Shown: positions 19,201 to 27,899 of the stretch, in pieces
How positions within the stretch are numbered: position 1 is the stretch's first letter
How the letters are laid out: each line of letters begins with the position of its first letter
Source of the DNA: Myxococcales bacterium
GTDB lineage: Bacteria > Myxococcota_A > Polyangia > Palsa-1104 > JAEUJZ01
DNA: 64,000 nt
Direction of reading: 5' to 3'
NCBI GenBank assembly: GCA_016794365.1
Contig: JAEUKB010000025.1
Location: 244,693 to 308,692 of the forward strand
Notes under the pieces: model-generated
The model's database searches: none
What the model saw: the letters and a program-made list of their open reading frames with translations, nothing else
What the model was told of the DNA's origin: nothing
Position numbers and translations under genes: made by a program

Positions 19201-20135
19201 GAGCCAATCGCAAGATCGGTCAGTGCAGAGACAAAGCTGGCCGTCGGTGATAGGAACTGATCGGCACCACGCAGAAACTCGACAATGCTCTCAAAGGAAG
19301 ACACCGGCAGCGTCGTCAACGCACGCGGCAGATAGCGCTCATAGTGCGTCATCGACTCGCTTAGATCGCTGTGTGGATCCGCACCAACAGAGAGCTCTAG
19401 CGGGGCCTGTTCTTTGGCCAAAAAGCGCGCCAGATCCGAATAGCCACGCAGTCTGTCCATATGGGTCAGACAGATGCGAACGCGGCCAGTGCTGCCATAG
19501 GTTTCAGACAGCACATTGATCTTGCCGCGCAGAAGCTGGGCTTGCTGACGCAGCTGATCGGGGGGCTGGGTGATGAGCAGAGGCGCAGACAGAACTACAA
19601 TCACCGTCGGAATCTGCTCGACTTCCAGGCTCTTCCACAGCTTGGTCAGCGCGTCGTTGTAGCTCTGCGCAGTGCCATCCTGAATCGCAGAAGAGAACTC
19701 CTCAACCAGGACTTGGCTGCCCAGATAAAGCTGTAGGAGTGGGTCTGCGGTGTAGCTCGGAATGAACTGACTGGTCTGTCCTTGCCAGTCTACTTTGCGA
19801 CTGATGAGCGCACTCTTTCCTGCACCTGTGTTGCCAAAGACAACGAAGTGCGGAAGCTCTGGTGTCGTCGCCCGAACACCGCTGGGAAGTCGAGACTGGA
19901 AGCGTTCCCAGATGTCGCTGAGCCGCGTCTTGGTCATGCTCTGCGCTGGGGTTACGTACGCGGTTCCTTCTTCGCGACGCTTGCGCAGCTTGAACCACCA
20001 AAATAGTAGGACGGCTCCGGCCACAATCAGCAGCACAAACAGAGCCGCCAGGACATAGACATAGGTCGGTCGGGAAGTGGCTCCTGCCGATCCGTCCGTC
20101 GAGGCTGTGGCCAAAGGAAGAAGCACAGACAGCAC
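16212..20135 (-). CDS. tssM: T6SS membrane complex protein TssM (IcmF family)
   Basis: 1307 aa. N-terminal TM helices, Walker A FGNTGAGKSALISRK, a long periplasmic IcmF-like region. Sits immediately after tssL. Confidence 0.85.
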   Translation of the reverse strand: MLSVLLPLATASTDGSAGATSRPTYVYVLAALFVLLIVAGAVLLFWWFKLRKRREEGTAYVTPAQSMTKTRLSDIWERFQSRLPSGVRATTPELPHFVVFGNTGAGKSALISRKVDWQGQTSQFIPSYTADPLLQLYLGSQVLVEEFSSAIQDGTAQSYNDALTKLWKSLEVEQIPTVIVVLSAPLLITQPPDQLRQQAQLLRGKINVLSETYGSTGRVRICLTHMDRLRGYSDLARFLAKEQAPLELSVGADPHSDLSESMTHYERYLPRALTTLPVSSFESIVEFLRGADQFLSPTASFVSALTDLAIGSLRPEVQGIYFASLAADEQISNPFTPPPQVRSTALGSRLARWLRPFGIRPVHAMLALLMLCLGLFGLTYVTRRHHVVVEAASEANLTFDQAVVRAQTAHNSGESDVVRRAERSASQSLLATSEAEQRFRPFHLIYRTDKKHSERLFIESIRKGYLLPSLERAIRQRARDKILGALVALYATKDNTLGSLIKASATDWSTDLNVPRDTLLDYIQYSTDPWTEVAIATLPPFPPESLRYSLSDLSPWKAFIYDVHNAIARPYITRAELSALQQRSAGLIEGMLALRRAAQLRQWYRNLAEESPLDMLKLFGQEVGILTPDPWLLDQKDPMERLLRMVSDSNITTEQAGTKSLYQLLRWLNETSESASAKKSSEHLLSDSYRFLFPAEGSAIDISRRDWEELLTRSRKRTFSMDESAPHPTEGPVRTKRCSKLGKKRGLLPPCKVTARSPASSGSAKKLIDRPTALPLWSQEEFTPKLAALLTGDELPAVGLSDVYNRVVYHREVLPLVTELKKALGGHRNLSAEERISLSRAVQKELARYSQGYCAALLEYHLGYRISAVSPSQLHSELVDIIKPGSRFVARLKTLVDNVTLQGLEEPYLRPLATCIADFRPIVELMTPKSQAPAAKSDPKAAGQPDAAQGTRPTSDTASSKVEGLATFHEAVAKLIADLDRAPTASTDKSSSGSDKGDRADKSAATQDKSAVLTSKLSALARSALAMHEGSEESSLAKAEQFLDRAGIAGPLRRPFLAPFLAVHQLGSTEIEQVFAQHWKEVMQPQITPLMSRFPFQRGAEREVAPSDLDVLSERRGPLFADLRSLYAVAVTERGESYVAKSGALGTLRLPKDMLPTMNKLAKLSRALFSADGNRQPLQLAIRGLPGPQSSSGSTAQSALAYLQIGKASAYGFNQQSSATTLQVEWWAQGAAVIGVERTVAKTGRKHTQTLEVTDSAWSLYRLLQRSTLDGTGVSTWRIIGDGPDETQIIRFAITPDPWELFGEHAQ

Positions 20136-20147
20136 GCTACACTCCTG

Positions 20148-20732
20148 TTACTTTCCGGCCACTCGGCGAAGGCCGCGCAGCGTGTCTTCCAAGCGATACA
20201 GTAGTTCAAACACCGTACCTGCCGAGGCATGACGCATCGGATGATAGGGTGGCGGAGTCGCTCCCGGGGTGAGCCTGGCGATGCGAACACGAAGCGGCTC
20301 AATGATTCCTGACAGCATCGAGACGCGGGGTCCCAGCTCTGTACGCAGAACGAACAGGAGCTTTTCGAGCAGCTCCTCTGGATTTTCCTGCGGAGCATCT
20401 GCCAGATCGATCAGCTCTTCGGCATCTTCGAGGTTCTCAGGATCGGAAACCTCATCCAGGATCTCGTCTACCTCTTCCTGATCAAACCCTTCTTCGGAAT
20501 CTGTCTTCAGCGTGTCTGCATCCGCAGCCTTTGGAGCGTGCTCAGTTGGATCGCTGCCGTCGGTTTTGCGCTGGCTCTGTTTGCTCTTTCGCTTTTTCTT
20601 TCCTGCGCTTGCTGTTGTCTCTCCCGCGATGATGTGATGGAGCGTATCGACCGCGTTGTGCGGCTCTGTCTTCCGTCCCCACAACGGACCCACACGCTGA
20701 CTGTTTAGTAGCTCACTGAAGTTCACTTTCAT
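20148..20732 (-). CDS. Hypothetical charged protein between tssL and tssM
   Basis: 194 aa, with a Lys-rich (KKKRKSKQSQRK) then strongly acidic (EEVDEILDEVSDPENLEDAEELIDLADAP) centre. No TagF (GxFGKLP) or FHA motifs found. Confidence 0.3.
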   Translation of the reverse strand: MKVNFSELLNSQRVGPLWGRKTEPHNAVDTLHHIIAGETTASAGKKKRKSKQSQRKTDGSDPTEHAPKAADADTLKTDSEEGFDQEEVDEILDEVSDPENLEDAEELIDLADAPQENPEELLEKLLFVLRTELGPRVSMLSGIIEPLRVRIARLTPGATPPPYHPMRHASAGTVFELLYRLEDTLRGLRRVAGK

Positions 20733-20795
20733 CGCTTGCCCCCCGCTGTGCTGGCACTACATATGGCCTCTTTGGTCTTGCAGTCCTTTGTGCGA

Positions 20796-21557
20796 TCACA
20801 GGTTGCTCAGCACGATGATGGCCAGTGCTGCCAGTGACAGCGTCGTCAGCGCCACACCGTAAGGAATCAGTCCGCGCCAGTTGACGCGCTTCCGCAGAGG
20901 CGTCACCGCTTGTGGACTCTGCTCTGGACTCTGCGCGGCTTCGATCGGACGATCGGTCTGCACGCTCGCTTTTGATCCAGCAGATCTGCGCTCACTGCGG
21001 ACTCTGTGGCTTCTGCGCCTGCGCTTTCTGCTGCCGTCGCGGGTGCTACCAGTACCAAGCTGTTCGGCCAGCAGGGTCCGATAGCGCTGGACCTTGCCTC
21101 CTGACTCTCCGAACTTGCCAACGAACCCAGCGGCCAGACAGAAGTACAGCACTTCAAAGACCATCGAAGGAGTGTCTGGCTTGTCTAGTCTCTCATCGAC
21201 AAAGTCGTAAAATACATCGCCGCCATAGTTGATTTGAAACAGCTCAGATTGCAGCAGTGGCCAGCTTGTCTGCTGAGCTTTGGGAAGACGAATCATGACC
21301 ATCTCATCGCAGAGCAGAACCAGAGGAAACATCACCAGATACGTCTCATTTTCAGTCAGTTCGCGGTGCAGCTGATCGCGCAGCGTATCGAGCTTGCTAC
21401 GCAGCTCGCCATGCAGTCGTTGCAAGATCGATGGTTCGATCGGAAGCGCAGCAGAGCGCTCTCCAAATCGGGTGCTTTCGACGGACAGAGAGCGCTCCAG
21501 CAAGCGATGAATGTCGATCCGAAGCGATAAGATGCTGTTCCAGTGACTAAGCTTCAT
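20796..21557 (-). CDS. tssL: T6SS membrane protein TssL (DotU family)
   Basis: MFPLVLLCDEMV, FEVLYFCLAAGFVGKF (DotU signature LEvyylcLslGF.G.y), C-terminal TM VALTTLSLAALAIIVL. Start overlaps the tssF stop. Confidence 0.8.
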   Translation of the reverse strand: MKLSHWNSILSLRIDIHRLLERSLSVESTRFGERSAALPIEPSILQRLHGELRSKLDTLRDQLHRELTENETYLVMFPLVLLCDEMVMIRLPKAQQTSWPLLQSELFQINYGGDVFYDFVDERLDKPDTPSMVFEVLYFCLAAGFVGKFGESGGKVQRYRTLLAEQLGTGSTRDGSRKRRRRSHRVRSERRSAGSKASVQTDRPIEAAQSPEQSPQAVTPLRKRVNWRGLIPYGVALTTLSLAALAIIVLSNL

Positions 21558-23200
21558 CGTCCGTTTTGCCTTTCACTGGGAAGCTGTTCGCGGCTGTGAT
21601 GACGAACCACTTCCGCGCGTCCTTCATAGTTCCATGCATCCAAAAGGCGCTGAAGCTGCTGACAGAACATGTGCCACAGCGGCTCTTCTTCTGCGCGAAC
21701 ATCGGGAACCAGCGCGTGATAGATGTGACGGATTCCTGCGCCGCGCACTGTCTCGTCGGGAGTCAGCTCAACCACCCAGTCGCGAATGCGCGAAAGGAAG
21801 CCGCGATACGGTCCACTTGATCCCGCTTCTAGCATGACAAACAGGGCGTTCAGATCTTCCAGATCAAGCACCGCTTTCATCTTCAGCGAGAGCAAACGCA
21901 GCAGCGCTGCTGCATCCTGACCTAGTTGGGAGTCTGCTCCGCGCTGCATCGGACCCAGTGCGGAAAGCTCGACCCCAAGCATGCTGCGCTCGCGAAGGGT
22001 GATGCTCAGTCGTCCACTTAGATGCTCGCTCAGCGACGGTTGATGCCAGACTCCTTCCACCGCGATGCGCACAGGTTGAAGCAGTGCTTCTGGCATCCGC
22101 AAGATCAGTGCAGCGCGTGGTAAGGATCCTCGCTCATCGGACTGCTGCTCCAGCTCAAAGCTTGGAGTCTTGTTGCTAAGAGTGACCGGAGGAATCGGAA
22201 CCAGTCCATCATCACTTGCTGCAAAAACGCCGGTGATGTGATGCAGTGCGTAGCTCTGATCCGGATGCACAAAACGAACCGGATAGGAGTCCTGGGTTCC
22301 GTCGCAGTCTATCGGCTGCGCAGGTGCCTTCCGTAGTGCCGAAATAGGGACCGTAAAGGGCCTAAAGATCTCGCGATACAGCACAGGACGATGTGGGTAG
22401 TCTGCATCCAGATCAAAGCACAGAGACATCCGGGTAAATGGTCGCGGCGATGCCGGAATCGCAACATGAATGGTTAGCTCTTGCTGCGGAAAGTGTAGAA
22501 AGCTACGAACCGCTGCGAGTGGATTGCGATCATCTGCTTCATATGGTTCATCATGGTACGTTCCAAAGTGAACCGGACAGGTGGGACCGTCTGCGCGATC
22601 ATGAACCGGCTGATCGTACAGCACGAACGCGCGCTGCATGTGTCTCTGTAGCTGCTGATGAACCGTGAGCGCGGCGAGATAGTCATCCAGATAGTGAATC
22701 CCAAGTCGCATCCGTCCCGGTGGTTCACTGCGCGGAATCCGCGAAGAGAAGGTCAACACCAAGCGATAGCCTGTCCCACCGCGCAGCAGCTCACAGCGAT
22801 CGAGCGTCAGTGGAAGCACGCGCAGATCCATTCGGGTCATGAAGCTGGCTAGAAATCCGTCCGCACACTGGACTTGCAACTCGCTTCCAGCGGGCAGATA
22901 GACCGGCTCTGTCATCCGCGCTGTGACTTGGGCTTCCAGGATTCCCATCGCAGGAAGGGGCTGGAGCAGCGACTGAAAGTAGCCACCTAGGAGTCGTCGC
23001 CACGTTGCGCTCAGGTTGCGCAGGACCGCATGTCGAGTCCGCACCGCAGAAAATGCCAGCACCTCGATCAACCGCTGCACATCGGGGTCTTGGGGATCGA
23101 GTACACCGATCCCCTGACTGCTGCTGTAGTTCCGTCGAAAAGACTCCAGTCCGCGTAGCTCATCTAGGAGTCCGAGATCGAGCGTGTGATTAGCTGCCAA
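21554..23200 (-). CDS. tssF: T6SS baseplate protein TssF (ImpG family)
   Basis: The N-terminal LDELRGLESFRRNYSSS...LDPQDPDVQRLIEVLAFSAVRTRHAVLRNLSATWRRLLGGYFQSLLQPLPAMGILE matches the TssF consensus (Y.rEL.yLRe....F...P.....DP.VERLLEGfAFL.AR). 548 aa. Confidence 0.75.
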   Translation of the reverse strand: MAANHTLDLGLLDELRGLESFRRNYSSSQGIGVLDPQDPDVQRLIEVLAFSAVRTRHAVLRNLSATWRRLLGGYFQSLLQPLPAMGILEAQVTARMTEPVYLPAGSELQVQCADGFLASFMTRMDLRVLPLTLDRCELLRGGTGYRLVLTFSSRIPRSEPPGRMRLGIHYLDDYLAALTVHQQLQRHMQRAFVLYDQPVHDRADGPTCPVHFGTYHDEPYEADDRNPLAAVRSFLHFPQQELTIHVAIPASPRPFTRMSLCFDLDADYPHRPVLYREIFRPFTVPISALRKAPAQPIDCDGTQDSYPVRFVHPDQSYALHHITGVFAASDDGLVPIPPVTLSNKTPSFELEQQSDERGSLPRAALILRMPEALLQPVRIAVEGVWHQPSLSEHLSGRLSITLRERSMLGVELSALGPMQRGADSQLGQDAAALLRLLSLKMKAVLDLEDLNALFVMLEAGSSGPYRGFLSRIRDWVVELTPDETVRGAGIRHIYHALVPDVRAEEEPLWHMFCQQLQRLLDAWNYEGRAEVVRHHSREQLPSERQNGR

Positions 23201-26200
23201 GCGGTCCTCCCTTCTTCGCTAGCGCTGCGCTGATTCCTTGGGTCAGACTGCTGACTGTGATTCCTACAGCACTTGGCACGACGGCGTCCTTGGCCGACTT
23301 GACATCTCCTTGCATTGCGCTCTGTCCGCTCGAAGCCAGTGTCTGTTTGAGAGCTGCCTTGGCATCGCTTGCGAAGGGAATCCCAGCACTTGTGACAGCG
23401 CTTGCAGCCGTGACAGCAGAAGAGAGCCCACTTGTGGCTGCGCTCTGCGCTGTACTGCCCAACGCAGAGCTTGGTGCCGCAGACTTCGGATCACTATTGG
23501 CCAACGGAGCGCTCTTGGCTTGAGAGTCCGTCTTGGCTTGGGAATCCGTCTTGGCTTGGGAATCTGTCTTTTCTTTGGCGTCCGTCTTCGACGCTGGCGC
23601 GCTCGACTTGGAGCCTGTCTTGGTCAGCAGATCTTTCATGAACGTGACCAGCTGCTGCTGCACTTGCAGGACATTCTGTCCGTAGTTGAGTAGGCTGCTC
23701 AGCTCTGTCTCGGGCAGGACAGTCTTCGGCTTGCTGGCCATCGAAAAGGCACCCGCTGTCTCATAAGGCTGCTGACCAGGAATCATCATTCCTTGAAACA
23801 GAGAGCTCATCAGCGTCATGGTATCGATCGGATTGAGTGTGACGCTGAGTCCTTTGGAGGACGTGCCATAGGTCTTTTCCAGCACCTTCGCAAACTGCGT
23901 TCCGTAGTCTCCCGCAAACAGAGAGCCTTTCTTCTTCATCTCATCCAGCAGCGTTCCTCCCCCGCCGCCCATGCCTGCTTTGCTGCCGAGCTGATCCATT
24001 CCTGGCATTCCGCTCGCTCCGTTCATGCCAGGAACTCCACTCGCTCCGTTCATGCCAGGAATTCCGCTCGCTCCGTTCATGCCAGGAATTCCGGACATGG
24101 GACTTCCTGTCATGAAGGAAGACTCTGATCCGCCGCCCCCAAGGAGCGATGCAGTCGGATTCCCATTCATCAGCAGAGAGGCTGCTCCCGCACCAGACAG
24201 CGCAGCGTTTCCCGCCGGTAATGATGTGAGTCCGCTTCCGCCCATTCCGCCGCTGTTTGGCTGTAACGTCGCTGCTGCCGCAAACGGATTGCTCAGTCCG
24301 CCGAATCCACCGGCAGCACCAGCGAGACTTGCGACTCCTGCACCAGCTTGTGCCATGGATGATGCAGCGGAGCCACCTGAAGCGAAGCCACTGCCTGAAG
24401 CGAAGCCACTGCCTGAAGCAGAGCCACTGCCTGAAGCAGAGCCACTGCCTGAAGCTGTCGGTGCTTTGGCGGCGGAACCTCCGGTGGAAGGAGTCATTCC
24501 CGGAAGTGTTGTCAAGCTAGGAAGCGTGGCCGCAGTGGCCGTCGGATTGAATCCTTCGGTTGCAAAGAACGGACTGCCTGTGCTCAGTGCGCCGCTGCTT
24601 CCGATTGGTGACGCTCCGGTGAACGATCCGGCTCCTCCCATTCCACCTGCGGGCTGTGTACTGCTCGATCCGAGCTGCGCAGCGGAGCCACCCAATGCGG
24701 AACCCGCAGTCGATGCGGATGGCGCAGCTTGCGCAGACGATGGCATCTGTGAAGCAGACTGTGAAGCAGACTGTGATGTAGATGCAGCGGACTGTGACGC
24801 CGCAGCAGGAGATGAAGACGATGCAGAAGAGGAGCCCGAAGACTCCTGACCCGCAGCGAGTCCTCCCAGAGCGGACAGACCGCCTCCGATCAGACCCAGC
24901 GTGCCACCCAAAAAGCTGGCATCTGGGCGCAGCAGCTTGAGCGCACTCTGCGCCGCAACACCAAGCGGTCCCAGCGCGGTAAATGTCGATTGAAACGCAT
25001 AGTTTACCGCGTCATCAATTCCGCCATCATCCGCTGCACTGCCCGAACCGCTGCCCGAACCACTGCCCGAACCACTCGCAGAAGGAGTCGAAGCTCCTGG
25101 AGCAGCTGGACTTACGGACTGTGAACCAGGCGATGAACTGTTTTGTGAACTGTTTTGTGAGCCGCTCTGTGAACCGCTCTGTGAACCACTCTGTGAACCG
25201 CTCTGTGAACTTTGCGGAGAGCCAGAGCCCGTCGCACCAGGCAGTAGCTCACCCAGCAGTCCTTTGGGCAGAAGTCCTGGCAGAACCTGTCCCATGTTTG
25301 GCATCCCAAGCTGCCACTGATTGCGCAGAAGACCACCCAAGGTAAGCAGCGTATTGAGCTGCGATTCCGTCGGTGCTTCACTTCCGCCTGTGCTGCCTGC
25401 ACCCTGTCCTCCGGCCTGGCTGGTTGCTGGGGAAGGACTTGCTGGCTGGCTCTGTAGGGTGGTTCCTGGAATCGCCGCACCAGCCAGCGCTGCGGTGCCA
25501 CTGGGTGATGAGGACGGACTCTGGCCCATGCTTTGGCCCACGCTTTGGCCCATGCTTTGGCCCATGCTTTGGCCCATGCTTTGGCCCGTGCCTTGACCGA
25601 CTCCTTGTGCCGCTCCCGGTGTTGCACTCTGCGCTGTGCTCTGCGTCGAGTTCTGCGCCGGACTCTGTGCTGATCCCTGGGTCTGGCTTTGCGTTGCGCT
25701 GGCTGAAGACTTGGCATCTGCCGTCGGCAAAAAGCCCGGTGGCAGGAGAGCTGCGGCCAAGACGCCCAGCTCACTTGATGCCGACAGCAGGCTCCCGATT
25801 CCCGGCACTTGACCAAGGACAGACACAAAGCCCACTGGCCCAAGCAAGTTGGACATTCCGGTCAGTAGCTGCGGCATCAGCTGTGGAGTCAGCGCGGCAA
25901 GCTGCTTTTCATCCAGCTGGGAAATCAGGCTCTGTACAGACGGAAGATCGCTGGATCCACTGGCAGTCTTGCTGGCCCCAGATGTGCTCTGGCTGGATGT
26001 ACTGGATGGTGTACTGCCTGGACCGCTCAGGCTCTTTTGCGTACTTTGAGAGTTTTGACTACTTTGAACATTCTGACTGCTCTGATTGTTCTGATTGCTC
26101 TGAATATTTTGAGAATTTTGAACATTCTGACTGCCCTGACTCTTACTCTGGCTACTCTCACCGTTCTGGCCACTCTGGCTGCTGTTGGTACTGCTCTTTT

Positions 26201-27896
26201 CGGACCCTGACTGCGCACTCTGTCCAGAGTCGAGCTTCTTTTTTTGGACCTTTCCCAAGATGGTCGCCAGGATCGAGTTGTTGTCCTGTAACAGCGTGCC
26301 CGACATGCTGTTGCCTGCCGTGCTCTTCGGCGGAATCATGGCATCCATCAGAGAAGAGACTGCATCAGAGTCCCCCGGCTTGAGCCCTGGCAGCAGCGTG
26401 GTGGTGTCATCCTGTCCACCGCCCAGCAGCGGTGTATCCAGCATCTTGATTGCAGCCATCGCAACATCACCGATCGTTTTGGTGAGTACGTTGACGCCGC
26501 TTAGCATGTCGCCTGCCGTCAGGTTTCCGCTCTGAATCTTGGACATCATCTTGCTGCTGTTGTCCAAGTAGTTCGATGCAAAGAACCCAACTGCGACCAG
26601 CGGAAGAAGCTCGGGATAGGCCATGGCCAGTGGCATGGCGGCGTTGCTCAGGCTCTTGATCTGCGTGCTGGCGGACTTGGCGGCGCTGCTTCCGAACTGC
26701 AAACCTGTTGCACTTGGATTCATGCCGCTGGAAAACGGATTGCTCAGGCTGTCGCCGAAGCTGACGTAGTTGCTCCAAGAGTTCATCGGTGCCGACATGC
26801 CACCGATTTGCATCATCGAGCTGGCGCTGGACATGCCCGGAATCGCAGACATCCCAGAAGTGGGAGAGCCGGACATACCACTCTGTCCGCTCATACCACT
26901 CTGTCCAGCCATGCCACTCTGTCCGCCCATCCCGCCCATGCCACCAGGACTGCCGACGCCAATGGTGGGACCGAGGGTTCCGGTGGCTCCCATGTTGAGG
27001 AGTCCTCCGGTGTCCGGGGTTCCGCTCTGTCCGCCCATGCCTGCGCCGCTGTTCATTCCGTAGGTGTTGCCACTGCTCGATAGTGAGTTGGCACTTCCTA
27101 CGCCCGCTCCGGCCCCTGCTTGCGCACCACCTTGGGCACTCTTTCCTGCGCTGTTGCCACTGCTTGCCGCAGAGCCTTGTGGCGGCCCAGGAATCGCTCC
27201 GAACTGTAGATTGGCAGAGGTAATCGAAGTCGTGGGTGCAGAGATCGAAACAGAGACTCCGGTCAGGCTGATGTCCGATCCAAGGAGCTGAACACCTGTA
27301 GCACCACCGACGACAGCGACACCGCCTCCTACTGCGAGCATGGTGACGCTCTGCATGGCGTTCATGGACACCGAAAGACCGTTTAGACTGACTCCGTTTA
27401 GTCCTGATGCTGTGACCGATCCGGGCGAGCTAAGCGACAGATCCGCAAGGCTGGAAACGCTGGTCTGTCCCATGCTCTGTAGGCTGGTTCCCAGCGTAGA
27501 AGTCATGCGGATGTTTTCCGCTTGGACTGAAAAGTTGCGCGCATCGATCGAGACAGAGTCCGCAGTTTGGGTGATGACGCTGTCCCCCTGTGCGCCACTT
27601 ACGCGCGTGGTCAGCTTGACACCATCCATCGTGATCGACTGCTGATTGATGCCGCTCGCATCCAGCACTTCGATCGTCAGTCCGACCGTCTTGTCCATGA
27701 ACATGCGCAGATACAGCGGAAGCTGGGCGACCGGCTGCGCAGTGCCACCTTGAGGGGGAGTCGATCCACTCTGCGTCGATCCACTCTGCGTACCGGGGCC
27801 GGTCGTATTCTGCGTCGGTCCACTCTGCGTACCGGGGCCGGTTGTATTCTGCGTCGGTCCGCTCTGCGGAGACGTGGTGTTCATTGGGTCCGGCAT
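23190..27896 (-). CDS. Giant (1568 aa) Ser/Gly/Gln/Met/Ala-rich repetitive protein of unknown function
   Basis: A single uninterrupted ORF between tssF and the 704-aa gene. The N-terminus has a beta-solenoid-like stretch (VSLNGLSVSMNAMQSVTML..GVSVSISAP). Long tracts of GMGGQSGMSGQSG, SQNxQS, GSGSGS and PEAKPLPEAKPL follow. The last ~250 aa are non-repetitive. Confidence 0.6.
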   Translation of the reverse strand: MPDPMNTTSPQSGPTQNTTGPGTQSGPTQNTTGPGTQSGSTQSGSTPPQGGTAQPVAQLPLYLRMFMDKTVGLTIEVLDASGINQQSITMDGVKLTTRVSGAQGDSVITQTADSVSIDARNFSVQAENIRMTSTLGTSLQSMGQTSVSSLADLSLSSPGSVTASGLNGVSLNGLSVSMNAMQSVTMLAVGGGVAVVGGATGVQLLGSDISLTGVSVSISAPTTSITSANLQFGAIPGPPQGSAASSGNSAGKSAQGGAQAGAGAGVGSANSLSSSGNTYGMNSGAGMGGQSGTPDTGGLLNMGATGTLGPTIGVGSPGGMGGMGGQSGMAGQSGMSGQSGMSGSPTSGMSAIPGMSSASSMMQIGGMSAPMNSWSNYVSFGDSLSNPFSSGMNPSATGLQFGSSAAKSASTQIKSLSNAAMPLAMAYPELLPLVAVGFFASNYLDNSSKMMSKIQSGNLTAGDMLSGVNVLTKTIGDVAMAAIKMLDTPLLGGGQDDTTTLLPGLKPGDSDAVSSLMDAMIPPKSTAGNSMSGTLLQDNNSILATILGKVQKKKLDSGQSAQSGSEKSSTNSSQSGQNGESSQSKSQGSQNVQNSQNIQSNQNNQSSQNVQSSQNSQSTQKSLSGPGSTPSSTSSQSTSGASKTASGSSDLPSVQSLISQLDEKQLAALTPQLMPQLLTGMSNLLGPVGFVSVLGQVPGIGSLLSASSELGVLAAALLPPGFLPTADAKSSASATQSQTQGSAQSPAQNSTQSTAQSATPGAAQGVGQGTGQSMGQSMGQSMGQSVGQSMGQSPSSSPSGTAALAGAAIPGTTLQSQPASPSPATSQAGGQGAGSTGGSEAPTESQLNTLLTLGGLLRNQWQLGMPNMGQVLPGLLPKGLLGELLPGATGSGSPQSSQSGSQSGSQSGSQSGSQNSSQNSSSPGSQSVSPAAPGASTPSASGSGSGSGSGSGSAADDGGIDDAVNYAFQSTFTALGPLGVAAQSALKLLRPDASFLGGTLGLIGGGLSALGGLAAGQESSGSSSASSSSPAAASQSAASTSQSASQSASQMPSSAQAAPSASTAGSALGGSAAQLGSSSTQPAGGMGGAGSFTGASPIGSSGALSTGSPFFATEGFNPTATAATLPSLTTLPGMTPSTGGSAAKAPTASGSGSASGSGSASGSGFASGSGFASGGSAASSMAQAGAGVASLAGAAGGFGGLSNPFAAAATLQPNSGGMGGSGLTSLPAGNAALSGAGAASLLMNGNPTASLLGGGGSESSFMTGSPMSGIPGMNGASGIPGMNGASGVPGMNGASGMPGMDQLGSKAGMGGGGGTLLDEMKKKGSLFAGDYGTQFAKVLEKTYGTSSKGLSVTLNPIDTMTLMSSLFQGMMIPGQQPYETAGAFSMASKPKTVLPETELSSLLNYGQNVLQVQQQLVTFMKDLLTKTGSKSSAPASKTDAKEKTDSQAKTDSQAKTDSQAKSAPLANSDPKSAAPSSALGSTAQSAATSGLSSAVTAASAVTSAGIPFASDAKAALKQTLASSGQSAMQGDVKSAKDAVVPSAVGITVSSLTQGISAALAKKGGPLGS
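24371..24456. repeat. 18-bp tandem repeat (gaagcgaagccactgcct, ~4.7 copies) inside the giant gene
   Basis: Direct reading of the sequence. Other tandem arrays are nearby: 21-bp x3 at ~24020-24090, 12-bp x6 at 25525-25596, and (ctgN)n-type units at ~26040-26140. Confidence 0.85.
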
Positions 27897-27899
27897 GAC

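Noticed and set aside
24025-26383. Plus-strand ORFs inside the giant gene (for example 24025..24849 Pro/Ala-rich, 25373..26383)
   Set aside because: Antisense frames of a GC-rich repetitive gene. They have no start context and no motifs. The minus-strand 1568-aa ORF is uninterrupted and flanked by coupled genes.
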